From: Chloroflexia bacterium | Lineage (GTDB): Bacteria; Chloroflexota; Chloroflexia; QHBQ01; JADMIH01 | Length of the DNA: 36,262 nt | Reading direction: 5' to 3' | Assembly (NCBI GenBank): GCA_035710025.1 | Contig: DASTEB010000095.1 | Location: forward strand, 1 to 36,262 | Shown: piece by piece, positions 18,748 through 28,670 of the stretch | How positions within the stretch are numbered: the first letter of the stretch is position 1 | Layout of the letters: each line of letters opens with the position of its first letter | Notes under the pieces: generated by a model | Seen by the model: only the letters and a program-made list of their open reading frames with translations | What the model was told of the DNA's origin: nothing | Databases searched by the model: none | Position numbers and translations under genes: made by a program

Positions 18748-19299
18748 TTACTTCTTACCGCCGACCTTACCGGCCTTACCGGCCTTGCGCCGGATGCGCT
18801 CACCGGCGTACGAGATACCCTTGCCCTTGTACGGCTCAGGCTCGCGCAGCTTGCGGATCTGAGCCGCCTGCTCGCCCACAACCTGCTTATCGATGCCGTT
18901 CACGCTGAAGCGGGTCGGCGTCTCGACGTTGAAGCTCACGCCCGCGGGCGGCTCGATGCGCACGGGGTGGGAGAACCCGAGCGAGAAGACGAGCGCCTGC
19001 CCATCCTTCGCCACGCGGTAGCCCACGCCCGCGATCTCGAGGTTGCGGGTGAAGCCGTCGGTCACGCCGGTGACCATGTTGGCGATCAGAGTGCGCGTCA
19101 AGCCGTGGAGCGAGCGGTGCTGCTTGCTCTCGGACGGGCGCGTGACGACGATCTCGCCGTCCTTCTGCTCGATCTTGATCTCTGGCCGAAACGACTGCTC
19201 AAGCTCGCCCTTGGGGCCTTTCACCTTCACGCGCTGGCCCTCGACCTCGATGGTCACGCCCTTCGGCACGGGTATCGGCTTATTTCCAATACGGGACAT
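18748..19299 (-). CDS. rplF: 50S ribosomal protein L6
   Basis: [15 protein letters not shown]...V.GPKGEL and [14 protein letters not shown]. Confidence 0.96.
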   Translation of the reverse strand: MSRIGNKPIPVPKGVTIEVEGQRVKVKGPKGELEQSFRPEIKIEQKDGEIVVTRPSESKQHRSLHGLTRTLIANMVTGVTDGFTRNLEIAGVGYRVAKDGQALVFSLGFSHPVRIEPPAGVSFNVETPTRFSVNGIDKQVVGEQAAQIRKLREPEPYKGKGISYAGERIRRKAGKAGKVGGKK

Positions 19300-19409
19300 T
19301 TACGTTATCTCCTTCGAGGCGGTTACCGCCTTCAGCCAATGCGCAGGCAACCGCAAAAAGGTGGCGGCGCACGCGGCTCTCGCGGCGCGCACCGGCGCTC
19401 GCGCCGGTC

Positions 19410-19808
19410 TTACCACACGTAAGCAACGATCTCGCCGCCCAGGTTCTTCCCGAACGCCTCGCGGCCGGTCATCACGCCCTGCGGGGTGGACAGTATAGCC
19501 ACGCCCAGGCCGTTGAGCACCTTGGGAATCTCCTTGCGCCTGGTGTAGACGCGCAGGCCGGGCTTGCTCACCCGCTTCAGGCCGGTCAGCACGGGGCGCT
19601 TGTCGGCGCCGTACTTGAGCCACACGCGGAACATCCGCCCGCCCATGTCGGGGGGAATGTCGTAATCGCGAATGTATCCCTCGTCCTTCAGGATGCGCGC
19701 GATCTCGAGCTTCATCCCCGACAGGGGGATCAGCACGCTCTGGTGCCGAGCCATGCTCCCGTTGCGGATGCGAGTAAGCATATCGGCGATAGGATCTGTC
19801 ATGTTCAT
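19410..19808 (-). CDS. rpsH: 30S ribosomal protein S8
   Basis: [17 protein letters not shown] fits the S8 N-terminus. I chose the ATG at 19808, which has AAGGAG upstream. The ORF-track start at 19841 would add 11 residues. Confidence 0.93.
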   Translation of the reverse strand: MNMTDPIADMLTRIRNGSMARHQSVLIPLSGMKLEIARILKDEGYIRDYDIPPDMGGRMFRVWLKYGADKRPVLTGLKRVSKPGLRVYTRRKEIPKVLNGLGVAILSTPQGVMTGREAFGKNLGGEIVAYVW

Positions 19809-19916
19809 GAGTTGTTTGGTTCTCCTTGCGGCAACGGCCATCCGGCCGTCCTAAGCATCGTGAGACGTAAGGGGCGGGCATTCGCTTGCCGGTGCCCTGC
19901 TCTCCCTACTTCGTTA

Positions 19917-20102
19917 TTACCAGCTGGACTTCACAACGCCGGGCAGCTTGCCGGCCGAGGCATGCTCGCGGAAGCAGATGCGGCACATGCCGAACTTGCG
20001 CATGTAGGCGCGAGGACGGCCGCACAGCCTGCAGCGGTTGTGCACGCGCACGTGGAACTTCGGTGTGCGCATCGATTTGGCGATCAGTGACTTCTTGGCC
20101 AT
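19917..20102 (-). CDS. rpsZ: 30S ribosomal protein S14, type Z (zinc-binding, 61 aa)
   Basis: MAKKSLIAK...[23 protein letters not shown]....G.LPGV.KSSW. Confidence 0.96.
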   Translation of the reverse strand: MAKKSLIAKSMRTPKFHVRVHNRCRLCGRPRAYMRKFGMCRICFREHASAGKLPGVVKSSW

Positions 20103-20182
20103 TTTGTCTCCTCAGTCTCGGCGGAGGCGAGGCCGCGGCGTTCGAGTCAGCCTCTTGTCCGCATTCCCTGTCCGCGATTGTT

Positions 20183-20977
20183 CTAGCCCCGCTTGAAGGG
20201 CATTCCCATCAGTTGCAGCAGGCGGCGGCCCTCTTCGTCGGTGTTGGCCGACGTGACGATGACCACTTCCATGCCGCGAATCTTATCTATTGCGTCGTAG
20301 TCGATCTCGGGGAAAATAAGCTGCTCGCGCAGGCCCAGCGTGAAATTGCCGTGCCCGTCGAATGAGCGCGGCGACACGCCCGAAAAGTCGCGCACGCGGG
20401 GCAGCGTTATATTGAACAGCTTGTCGAGGAAGTCGTACATGCGGTTGCCGCGCAGGGTGACCATCACGCCGATGGGCATGCCGGTGCGCAGCTTGAACGC
20501 GGCGATCGACTTCTTGGCGCGGGTGATCACTGCCTTCTGGCCGGTAATCTGGCCCACGTCGTTCACGGCGTTGTCCAGCGACTTGACGTTCTCGCGGGCC
20601 TCGGTGCCCATGCCGATATTGATGACTACCTTCTTCACGGTGGGCACCATCATGCGGTTGGAGTAGTTGAACTCCTTCAGCATGGCGGGCACGACCTCTT
20701 CGAGGTAGCGTGTCTTCATCGGCGGGACCCAGTTCTGCTCAGGCTTCGCGCCGTTACCGCCCCTGGCACCCTTCGCCTGGCCCTTGCCATCCTGCGCCTG
20801 GGCCTTGCCCTTTGGCTGCGCCTCGGCGCGAGCCTCAGCACGAGCCTCACCGCGGCCCTTCGCGGGCGCCTCGGCAGTAGTCTCGGCGGGCGTCTCGGCA
20901 GTCGCTTCGGCGCTCGTCTCGGCGGCAGCTTCGGCCGCTTCGGCGCCGTTATTCACTTTGTTATCCTGATCTGCCAC
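20183..20977 (-). CDS. rplE: 50S ribosomal protein L5 with ~86-aa Ala/Glu/Lys-rich N-terminal extension
   Basis: The L5 core begins at [21 protein letters not shown] (internal ATG at 20719, no SD). The GTG at 20977 has AAGGAG 7 nt upstream, and the open frame is GC3-rich throughout, which favours the long form. Confidence 0.85.
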   Translation of the reverse strand: MADQDNKVNNGAEAAEAAAETSAEATAETPAETTAEAPAKGRGEARAEARAEAQPKGKAQAQDGKGQAKGARGGNGAKPEQNWVPPMKTRYLEEVVPAMLKEFNYSNRMMVPTVKKVVINIGMGTEARENVKSLDNAVNDVGQITGQKAVITRAKKSIAAFKLRTGMPIGVMVTLRGNRMYDFLDKLFNITLPRVRDFSGVSPRSFDGHGNFTLGLREQLIFPEIDYDAIDKIRGMEVVIVTSANTDEEGRRLLQLMGMPFKRG

Positions 20978-21045
20978 TCTTATGCTCCTTAACTGCGGGC
21001 TGGTCGTCCTCTGAAGGTTGCAGCCCTGTCACCTGTTATGCCGCG

Positions 21046-21393
21046 CTAGCGGCGGCCGCCCCACCTGGTCTGGCCCGCGTCGGCCTCGAAGGCCTCGCCG
21101 CAGTGGCGGCAGACGCGCACCTTCTGGCCGTTCGCCAGCAGCGTGCTGCCCACGCGGGTACCGCGGTTGCACTTGGGGCACACCACCATCACCTTGGAGG
21201 CGTCGAGGGCAGCTTCCTGCTCGACAACGCCGGCCTGGCGCGCACCGGCGCGGCCCTTGGTGTGCTTCTTTACGATATTGATGCCTTCGACGATCACCTT
21301 GTTGTCGCGGGGGTGTACCTCGCGTACCTTGCCCTTTTTCCCGCGGTCCTTGCCGGCGATCACCAGCACCGTGTCATCCGTCTTGATATTCAT
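21046..21393 (-). CDS. rplX: 50S ribosomal protein L24 (Cys4 variant)
   Basis: MNIKTDDTVLVIAGKDRGKKGKV fits L24, and CPKC...CRHC is present. I chose the ATG at 21393, which has GGAGAG 8 nt upstream. The ORF-track start at 21402 is a GTG. Confidence 0.92.
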   Translation of the reverse strand: MNIKTDDTVLVIAGKDRGKKGKVREVHPRDNKVIVEGINIVKKHTKGRAGARQAGVVEQEAALDASKVMVVCPKCNRGTRVGSTLLANGQKVRVCRHCGEAFEADAGQTRWGGRR

Positions 21394-21459
21394 TATTCCC
21401 ACTCTCCGTGCGTCTAGCGGCGTCTCTCGCGAGCCGTGTACCGTTCCGCCTGTCTGTCC

Positions 21460-21834
21460 CTAAAGGACCTCGGGCGCGAGCGATACGATCTTCATGAACT
21501 GCCTCTCGCGCAGCTCGCGGGCCACCGGGCCGAACACGCGGGTGCCGAGCGGGTCGTTCGACCCCTTCGCCTTGATCAGCACCGCGGCGTTGTCGTCGAA
21601 GCGGATGTGCGAGCCGTCGGGGCGCTTGTACTCCTTGGCGGTGCGAACCACCACGGCGCGCACGACCTGGCCCTTCTTGACCTGGCCGCCCGGCGTGGCG
21701 CTCTTCACCGCGGCGACGATCACGTCGCCCACCCCGGCGTACTTACGCCGCGAGCCGCCCATCACGCGGATGCACAGGATCTCTTTGGCCCCGGTATTGT
21801 CCGCCACGCGCAGGCGGGTCTCTTGCTGAATCAT
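21460..21834 (-). CDS. rplN: 50S ribosomal protein L14
   Basis: [27 protein letters not shown]. Confidence 0.97.
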   Translation of the reverse strand: MIQQETRLRVADNTGAKEILCIRVMGGSRRKYAGVGDVIVAAVKSATPGGQVKKGQVVRAVVVRTAKEYKRPDGSHIRFDDNAAVLIKAKGSNDPLGTRVFGPVARELRERQFMKIVSLAPEVL

Positions 21835-21880
21835 CGTCCTTCTCCTGAGCTTGAAGTTACTGGGAGCCGGTTACCCGCTC

Positions 21881-22267
21881 CTAGAGCTTCTCCGCCTTCG
21901 CGATAATTTCCACTACCTGCCAGCGCTTGCGGGCCGACATCGGGCGCGACTCTACGATGCGCACCGTATCGCCCTCGCCGCTGCCAAGCTCGTCGTGCGC
22001 CATGAACTTCACCGAGCGGCGCATGACCTTCTTGTAGATGGGGTGCGGCTTGCGGCGCTCCACGAGCACCACTACCGATTTCTCCATCTTGTCCGACACC
22101 ACGCGGCCCACCTCGGTGCGGCGCCCGCGCATGTGCTCGGGCAGCTCGCGGGGCTCGGCAAGCCCTGAGGGCTTAGCCTGCTCCACCACCGGGGCAGCCT
22201 CGACGGGCGCGGCTGCGCGCTTGCGGGTCGCCCTCGGCTTTGCTGTTGTTGCCTTCTTTTCGGCCAT
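21881..22267 (-). CDS. rpsQ: 30S ribosomal protein S17 with ~45-aa basic N-terminal extension
   Basis: The core is GRVVSDKMEKSVVVLVERRKPHPIYKK. ATG codons at 22273 and 22267 follow an AGGAG motif (9-nt spacing for 22267). The internal ATG at 22132 would give a canonical-length protein but has no SD. Confidence 0.85.
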   Translation of the reverse strand: MAEKKATTAKPRATRKRAAAPVEAAPVVEQAKPSGLAEPRELPEHMRGRRTEVGRVVSDKMEKSVVVLVERRKPHPIYKKVMRRSVKFMAHDELGSGEGDTVRIVESRPMSARKRWQVVEIIAKAEKL

Positions 22268-22332
22268 TCTCATTTGCTCCTGGCGGCGCCTGGTCCTGGG
22301 GCAACCCCGATTTCAGGCACGGCTGATCTTTA

Positions 22333-22635
22333 CTACTTGTTGCGGCCTCTGCCAAGGCGGCCCAGGAGGCTGCGCCGGCCGGTCGCCGTGGTCGCTGCCG
22401 GGGCTGACGCCACGGCCTCTTCGCCCTCGATGCCCGCGTACTCCGCCATCAACTCGCGCTCGCGCAGGGCTGTCATGATGCGGGCGATGTCCTTCTTCAC
22501 CTGCGGGATGCGCTGGTGGTTCTTGATCTTGCGTGTGGCAATCTGGAAGCGAAGATTGAACAGCTCCTGGCGGGCGTCCTCGAGGGCGCTGCGAAGCTGG
22601 CTCTCGCTCATTGCGTGTATCTCTTCAGCCTTCAT
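22333..22635 (-). CDS. rpmC: 50S ribosomal protein L29 with ~35-aa C-terminal extension
   Basis: L..EL..LRFQ.ATRKIKNHQRI..VKKDIARI.T fits L29. The protein is 100 aa against ~65 typically. Confidence 0.93.
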   Translation of the reverse strand: MKAEEIHAMSESQLRSALEDARQELFNLRFQIATRKIKNHQRIPQVKKDIARIMTALRERELMAEYAGIEGEEAVASAPAATTATGRRSLLGRLGRGRNK

Positions 22636-22637
22636 GA

Positions 22638-23099
22638 TTATTCCTCGTCCTCTTCCTCAGGCTCAGGCTCGGATACGGCCGTGCCCTCGGCGCGGCGCAC
22701 AACGAAGCGCGTCTTGATGGGCAGTTTGTGCCCGGCCTTGCGCATCGCCTCGGCCGCCACATCCTGACGCACGCCCGCTATCTCGAACAGCATGCGGCCG
22801 GGGCGGATTACCGCGACCCAGTGGTCGGGTGCGCCCTTGCCCGAACCCATGCGGGTCTCGGCGGGCTTGGCGGTCATCGACTTGTCCGGGAAGATCCGAA
22901 TCCACACCTTACCACCACGGCGGATGTGGCCGGTGATGGCGCGGCGAGCCGACTCGATCTGGCGGCTGTCGATCCAGGCAGACTCCAGGGCCTGCAGGCC
23001 GTACTCGCCAAACGTCACCTCGGTGCCGCGGCTAGCTTCGCCCGCTCCGGTGGTGCCGCGGTGCTGCTTGCGGTGCTTAACTCTCTTGGGCATCAACAT
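22638..23099 (-). CDS. rplP: 50S ribosomal protein L16 with short acidic C-terminal tail
   Basis: [15 protein letters not shown] and [24 protein letters not shown] fit L16. The protein ends in [11 protein letters not shown]. Confidence 0.96.
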   Translation of the reverse strand: MLMPKRVKHRKQHRGTTGAGEASRGTEVTFGEYGLQALESAWIDSRQIESARRAITGHIRRGGKVWIRIFPDKSMTAKPAETRMGSGKGAPDHWVAVIRPGRMLFEIAGVRQDVAAEAMRKAGHKLPIKTRFVVRRAEGTAVSEPEPEEEDEE

Positions 23100-23104
23100 G
23101 GCAA

Positions 23105-24079
23105 TTACTCCGACGCAGATTCGTTAGTTGTGCCGACCTCGCCGCCCGGGTTGGTGCCGGTCTCGCGAGGCTCGACGGGCGAGGGCGCGGGTGCGGCGTC
23201 AGGGGCAGCGGCCGGTGCGGGGCGCTCGGCGCGAGGTGCGCGGTCGCCGCGGTAGCCACCGCCGCCTTCGCCACGGGGGGCGCGGTCGCCGCGGTAGCCA
23301 CCGCCGCCTTCGCCACGACGCCCACCGTCACCGCGGTCACCACGGTCACGGCGGTCGCCGCGCTCGGGCCTATCGGTGCGCTCGCGGCGGTCGGTGCGGG
23401 GCGCGGCGGTAGCCAGCGGGCGGTCGATCTCGAGCAGCGAGTCACCGCCGCGGCGCTGGATCACGTCGCCCTTATAGATCCACCCCTTCACGCCGATACG
23501 GCCGTAGGTGGTGTGAGCGTGAACCTGTCCGTAGTCGATGTCGGCGCGGATCGTGTGCAGAGGCACGCGGCCCTCGCGCTCCCATACCGAGCGGGCCATT
23601 TCGGCGCCGCCCAGGCGGCCCGAGATGCGGATCTTCACGCCCTTGGCCCCGGCGCGCAGCGAGCGCATGACCGACTGCTTCATGGCGCGCTTGTACGACA
23701 CGCGGCGGCCGATCTGCTCGGCGATGCTCTCGGCCACGAGGTAGGCATCGAGCTCGGGCTGCTTGATCTCCTCGATGTTGAGCTTGACCTTCTTGCCGGT
23801 CATCGTCTCGAGGTCCTTGCGCAGGAGGTCAACCGCCTGTCCACCCTTGCCGATCACGATACCGGGCTTGGCCGTATGCAGGGTGACTTCGAGCTGGTTA
23901 GCCGAGCGCTGAATCTCGGTGCGCGCCAGCGAGGCATTCGCCAGGCGCTGCGTCACGAGCTGCCGTATGCGCACGTCCTCGTGCAGCAACTCGGTGTAGT
24001 TGCGGTCGGCGTACCAGCGCGACTGCCAATCCTTGATTATTCCCAGTCTGAAACTTGTCGGGTGGACCTTGCGTCCCAT
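23105..24079 (-). CDS. rpsC: 30S ribosomal protein S3 with ~115-aa Arg/Gly/Asp-rich C-terminal extension
   Basis: [20 protein letters not shown] and the KH-domain motif GIVIGKGG fit S3. The protein is 324 aa against ~210-240 typically. The tail contains [14 protein letters not shown] x2. Confidence 0.95.
   Translation of the reverse strand: MGRKVHPTSFRLGIIKDWQSRWYADRNYTELLHEDVRIRQLVTQRLANASLARTEIQRSANQLEVTLHTAKPGIVIGKGGQAVDLLRKDLETMTGKKVKLNIEEIKQPELDAYLVAESIAEQIGRRVSYKRAMKQSVMRSLRAGAKGVKIRISGRLGGAEMARSVWEREGRVPLHTIRADIDYGQVHAHTTYGRIGVKGWIYKGDVIQRRGGDSLLEIDRPLATAAPRTDRRERTDRPERGDRRDRGDRGDGGRRGEGGGGYRGDRAPRGEGGGGYRGDRAPRAERPAPAAAPDAAPAPSPVEPRETGTNPGGEVGTTNESASE
23231..23317 (-). repeat. 42-nt tandem duplication inside the rpsC tail
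   Basis: GCGCGGTCGCCGCGGTAGCCACCGCCGCCTTCGCCACG occurs at 23238-23275 and again, identically, at 23280-23317. Confidence 0.85.
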
Positions 24080-24149
24080 GTGTCCTCCTTGAGGAGAAGC
24101 GAGACCGAACGCGGGCGCTGTGCCCTGCTGCTCCGCTCTCTGTTCTCTC

Positions 24150-24485
24150 CTAATACCTTTCCTCTACTACGACCGTAATGTGGCTCGTCCTCTTGAGGAT
24201 GGGGGCTGCCATACCGCGCGAGCGGCTGCGAAAACGCTTGATGGTGGGCCCGTCGTCCGCGAAGATGGCCTTGATGTACAGGTCCTCGGGGGCCATCTGG
24301 TAGTTGTTCTCGGCGTTGGCCGCGGCGCTCTTGACCACGTTCAGCACCTCGGAGGCCGCGCCGTGCGGCAGGAACTTGAGGATAGCCACCGCCTCCTCAA
24401 CGCGCTTGCCGCGAACGGCGTCCATCACCAGCCTGATCTTGCGAGGCGAGCGACGTATGTGCTTTGCAGATGCTTTTACTTCCAT
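24150..24485 (-). CDS. rplV: 50S ribosomal protein L22
   Basis: A.AK.IR.SPRK.RLV.D.VRGK.V.EA..IL.F fits L22. The protein is 111 aa. Confidence 0.96.
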   Translation of the reverse strand: MEVKASAKHIRRSPRKIRLVMDAVRGKRVEEAVAILKFLPHGAASEVLNVVKSAAANAENNYQMAPEDLYIKAIFADDGPTIKRFRSRSRGMAAPILKRTSHITVVVEERY

Positions 24486-24576
24486 TTCTTACCTCGTTAC
24501 CTCGGTTGCGGATAGGGCGCGGATCGCGGAGCTTCGACGTGTGTCGCTCCCGCATGCCGCAACCCGCTGCTCTTCC

Positions 24577-24861
24577 TTACTTCAGGCGGGTCGACCGCTC
24601 GGTCTTGTTCCCGTGGCCCTTGTAGAAGCGCGTCGGGGCGAACTCGCCCAGCTTATGCCCCACCATGTTCTCGGTGACGTACACCGGGATGTGGCGGCGG
24701 CCGTCATGCACGCCTATGGTGTGGCCCACCATGTCGGGCGTGATCGTGCTGGCCCTTGCCCACGACTTGATCAGGCGCTTCTCGTTCCTGGAGTTCATCT
24801 TGAGGATCTTGTCCTCCAGGTTGTGGTCTACAAACGGCCCTTTCTTGGCAGAACGAGTCAT
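24577..24861 (-). CDS. rpsS: 30S ribosomal protein S19
   Basis: SAKKGPFVD and [33 protein letters not shown]. Confidence 0.97.
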   Translation of the reverse strand: MTRSAKKGPFVDHNLEDKILKMNSRNEKRLIKSWARASTITPDMVGHTIGVHDGRRHIPVYVTENMVGHKLGEFAPTRFYKGHGNKTERSTRLK

Positions 24862-24889
24862 CTCTTCTCCTCTTACCTATTCCTAACGA

Positions 24890-25744
<855 letters not shown>

Positions 25745-25815
25745 TTACTGCTCCTTGGAGGCGTCCCGGCTTGCCGGTCAGTTGGCCCTGGCGCCACCCT
25801 GCCCGGCGTCTGGCG

Positions 25816-26106
25816 CTAGACGCTCTCGAAAATCTCTATCCTCTGCCCGGGGGCCAGGGTAACGATTGCCTTCTTCCAGCCGGGGCGCCACCCGCGGATA
25901 CGGGTGCGCTCGCGGCGCTTCTTGGCGTGAACGTTCATCGTGTTGACCGCGAGAACGGTGACGCCGAAGGCGGTCTCGACTGCTTCTTTGATCTGGATCT
26001 TGTTGGCATTGGGGGCCACCTCGAAGGTGTAGCGTCCTTCCTGCATCAGGTCTGTGTTGCGCTCGCTCATCACCGGGCGGCGAATCACTTCGTACATGTG
26101 CGGCAT
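25816..26106 (-). CDS. rplW: 50S ribosomal protein L23
   Basis: I.RPV.SE......E...YTFEV...ANK.QIKEAVE..F.V.V fits L23. One nt separates it from the rplD stop. Confidence 0.95.
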   Translation of the reverse strand: MPHMYEVIRRPVMSERNTDLMQEGRYTFEVAPNANKIQIKEAVETAFGVTVLAVNTMNVHAKKRRERTRIRGWRPGWKKAIVTLAPGQRIEIFESV

Positions 26107-26107
26107 C

Positions 26108-27100
26108 TTAACCCTCGCTCTCGTTCTCGGCGGCCTTCTTGCCGGTCGACTTCTTCGCCGCGGCCCTCTTCGGAGCGGCCTTCTCGGTGGTTTCCTCGGC
26201 CGCCTTCTTGGCCCGCGACGTTGTCTTGGGCTTGGCCTCGGCCTTCGGCTTAGCTTCCGCCTTCGGCTTGGTCTCGGCCTTCGGCTTGGTCTCGGTCGCG
26301 GCAGCAGCCTCGGCCTTGACCTTGGGCTTGTCCGCCGCCTTCTTCGTGCGTGAGGCAGGGGCCTTCTCAGCTGTCTCGGCCGCGGTTGCCCTGGCGGTAG
26401 TCTTTGCAGCGGCCGGCTTGGCGCGGCCGTTGGTCTCGCCCTTCACGCGCATGACCAGCTTGCGCCGCCCGCCCGTGTTGCCCAGTATCGTGGTGACGAC
26501 GTCGAGCGCGGCGCGGGGCATGAGCAGGTAGTCGTGCTTGAGCATGTCAACCACGCTCAATAAATGCGCGCTCAGCATCTTCACGTGGGGCAGGTTGCCG
26601 GCGGCCAACTTGAGGTTGGTCTCGGCGCCCGTTGTGAAGATGAGCGCGCTGCTATCGCCGATATTGAGGGCCTGCAGGGCGTCTTTCATGGCGCGGGTTC
26701 GCGGCTCGATCTCCTCGAAGCCGTCCACGATCACCAGCTGCCCGTCGGCCAGCTTGCCCGAAAGCACCGAGCGGATGGCCAGGCGGCGCATCTTGCGCGG
26801 CATGTCCTGCTCGTACGAGCGGGGGTGCGGGCCGAACACGACGCCGCCGTGCCGCCACTGCGGGGCGCGGCGCGAGCCCTGTCGGGCGCGTCCTGTCCCC
26901 TTCTGCCGCCACGGCTTGATGCCGCCGCCGCGCACTTCGGCGCGGGTCTTAGTATCGTGCGTACCCTGGCGGGCGTTGGCCTGCTGGCGAAGCACGGCCT
27001 GGTGGATCACCGCATGGTTCGGGGTGATGCCGAAAATCGTGTCGTCCAGGTCGATCTTCTCGACCTCTTTCCCCGCCAGGTTGTAGATTGTCGTTTGCAC
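26108..27100 (-). CDS. rplD: 50S ribosomal protein L4 with ~120-aa Lys/Ala/Glu-rich C-terminal extension
   Basis: The core has RQGTHDTKTRAEVRGGG.KPWRQKGTGRARQGS. The protein is 330 aa against ~205-215 typically. The tail contains (T/A)KPKAE hexapeptide repeats, encoded by an 18-nt DNA repeat at ~26225-26293. Confidence 0.94.
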   Translation of the reverse strand: MQTTIYNLAGKEVEKIDLDDTIFGITPNHAVIHQAVLRQQANARQGTHDTKTRAEVRGGGIKPWRQKGTGRARQGSRRAPQWRHGGVVFGPHPRSYEQDMPRKMRRLAIRSVLSGKLADGQLVIVDGFEEIEPRTRAMKDALQALNIGDSSALIFTTGAETNLKLAAGNLPHVKMLSAHLLSVVDMLKHDYLLMPRAALDVVTTILGNTGGRRKLVMRVKGETNGRAKPAAAKTTARATAAETAEKAPASRTKKAADKPKVKAEAAAATETKPKAETKPKAEAKPKAEAKPKTTSRAKKAAEETTEKAAPKRAAAKKSTGKKAAENESEG

Positions 27101-27164
27101 TTTCCTTTGCTCCTTGTCAGGACCAGGGTAAAGGCAGCGTCAGAGCGTGCTGCCTCAGTACCCC

Positions 27165-27806
27165 TTACTTCTGCTTCTTTACCGCTTTGCGAACGATCAA
27201 CATTCCCTCGGTGGGGCCGGGAACCGCACCCTTGATCAGGATGAGGTTGCGGTCGGTATCGACCGACACTACGCGCAGGTTCTGCACGGTGACGCGCTCG
27301 TGGCCCATGTGGCCCGCCATCTTGAGGCCCTTGAATACGCGGCCCGGGGTCGAGCCGGGGCCGATGGAGCCGGGGCGGCGCGCCCTGTCGGACTGGCCGT
27401 GGGTGCGAGGACCGCCGCGGAAATTGTGCCGCTTCATGACGCCCGCGAAGCCCTTGCCCTTGCTGGTGCCGATCACGTCGACGAAGTCGCCCGCGGCGAA
27501 CATAGAAACGTCGGTGCGGTCGCCGACCTTGGGCCGGTCGCCATTTGCATCGACGGGGATCTCGCGCACGCGGCGGACGAGGGGCAGCTTCTTCTTGCGC
27601 AGGTGGCCGCGCTGGGCCTGGGTAAGCTGGCGCTCGCGCGCCTCGCCCCAACCGACCTGAACGCCGTAGTAGCCGTCGTTCTCGGGGGTCTTCACCTGGG
27701 TGACGACGCAGGGGCCGGCCTCGATCACCGTTACTCCGGTGGCGATGCCGCCCTCTTCAAATACCTGGGTCATGCCCAGTTTCTTACCAAGAATTCCCTT
27801 TATCAT
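27165..27806 (-). CDS. rplC: 50S ribosomal protein L3
   Basis: [13 protein letters not shown] and [22 protein letters not shown]. Confidence 0.97.
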   Translation of the reverse strand: MIKGILGKKLGMTQVFEEGGIATGVTVIEAGPCVVTQVKTPENDGYYGVQVGWGEARERQLTQAQRGHLRKKKLPLVRRVREIPVDANGDRPKVGDRTDVSMFAAGDFVDVIGTSKGKGFAGVMKRHNFRGGPRTHGQSDRARRPGSIGPGSTPGRVFKGLKMAGHMGHERVTVQNLRVVSVDTDRNLILIKGAVPGPTEGMLIVRKAVKKQK

Positions 27807-27955
27807 TTCGGTACTTGCTCCTCTAGTGGAGTTTCGCTTGCCCTACCGGTCGCAATGCCGGTACATGCGGCTTCGAGATGCCGGGGCAAGATTCCCTCAA
27901 TACGAACGACAGGCGATAGACATGGCTACCGTCCGGCGCTTTGCAGATCAGCTGC

Positions 27956-28264
<309 letters not shown>

Positions 28265-28435
28265 TCTTCTTCCTTTGTTAAGTTTGACCGTCTGCCGGTC
28301 CGGTGCGGTACTATGCGGTAATGTACTGGTGCCTGCTTGGAGGCGCGTTACGCCCGCCTGACAAACAAAAGGGCCGATCCCCTGCCGCTACTCGACGCAT
28401 CGCGCGCGGCACATGGAATCAGCTCCCAAGCCGTT

Positions 28436-28482
28436 TGTAGTCACCCTCGAAGGTAACCACACGCGCACCGCGTGCGTTATAC
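28436..28482 (-). ncRNA. Conserved 47-nt two-hairpin leader motif, copy A (S10-operon 5' UTR)
   Basis: The sense RNA reads GUAUAACGCACGC-GGUGC-GCGUGUGGUUACC-UUCGAG-GGUGACUACA. It lies downstream of the promoter at 28547-28575 and 170 nt upstream of the rpsJ ATG. A near-identical copy lies at 31447-31493. Confidence 0.55.
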
Positions 28483-28546
28483 GCTTCCTATTCAGTTGCT
28501 TTTGTTGGCTTTTGCCAACAGTGCGCGTAAAGGCGCACAGTAGCTT

Positions 28547-28575
28547 ATTATATAGGAACCGGGCACGAGTGTCAA
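28547..28575 (-). promoter_or_regulatory. Consensus sigma-70 promoter of the S10 operon
   Basis: On the minus strand, TTGACA (28575-28570) is followed by a 17-nt spacer and TATAAT (28552-28547), a perfect match to both hexamers. It lies ~280 nt upstream of rpsJ. Confidence 0.75.
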
Positions 28576-28635
28576 GCGCGGCCGCGTCGCGATTCAGGCT
28601 GGTTTCGGAGACGACAGACATCCACTTTGCGGGCA

Positions 28636-28670
28636 AGCAAAATGCCCGGATAGTGAGCACCCGGGCATTT
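28636..28670 (-). terminator. Intrinsic terminator after fusA (end of the str operon)
   Basis: In the sense RNA, AAAUGCCCGG-(11 nt)-CCGGGCAUUU forms a 10-bp stem that runs into UUUUGCUUG. It begins 25 nt after the fusA stop. Confidence 0.7.

Noticed and set aside
28450-28460. GGUUACCUU in copy A of the leader motif is complementary to the conserved AAGGUAACC near the 16S rRNA 3' end, which suggested an anti-16S pairing element.
   Set aside because: Copy B reads GGUUACCGG, so only 7 nt are shared. The match was found post hoc, and those nucleotides are already accounted for by the GUUACC/GGUGAC helix.
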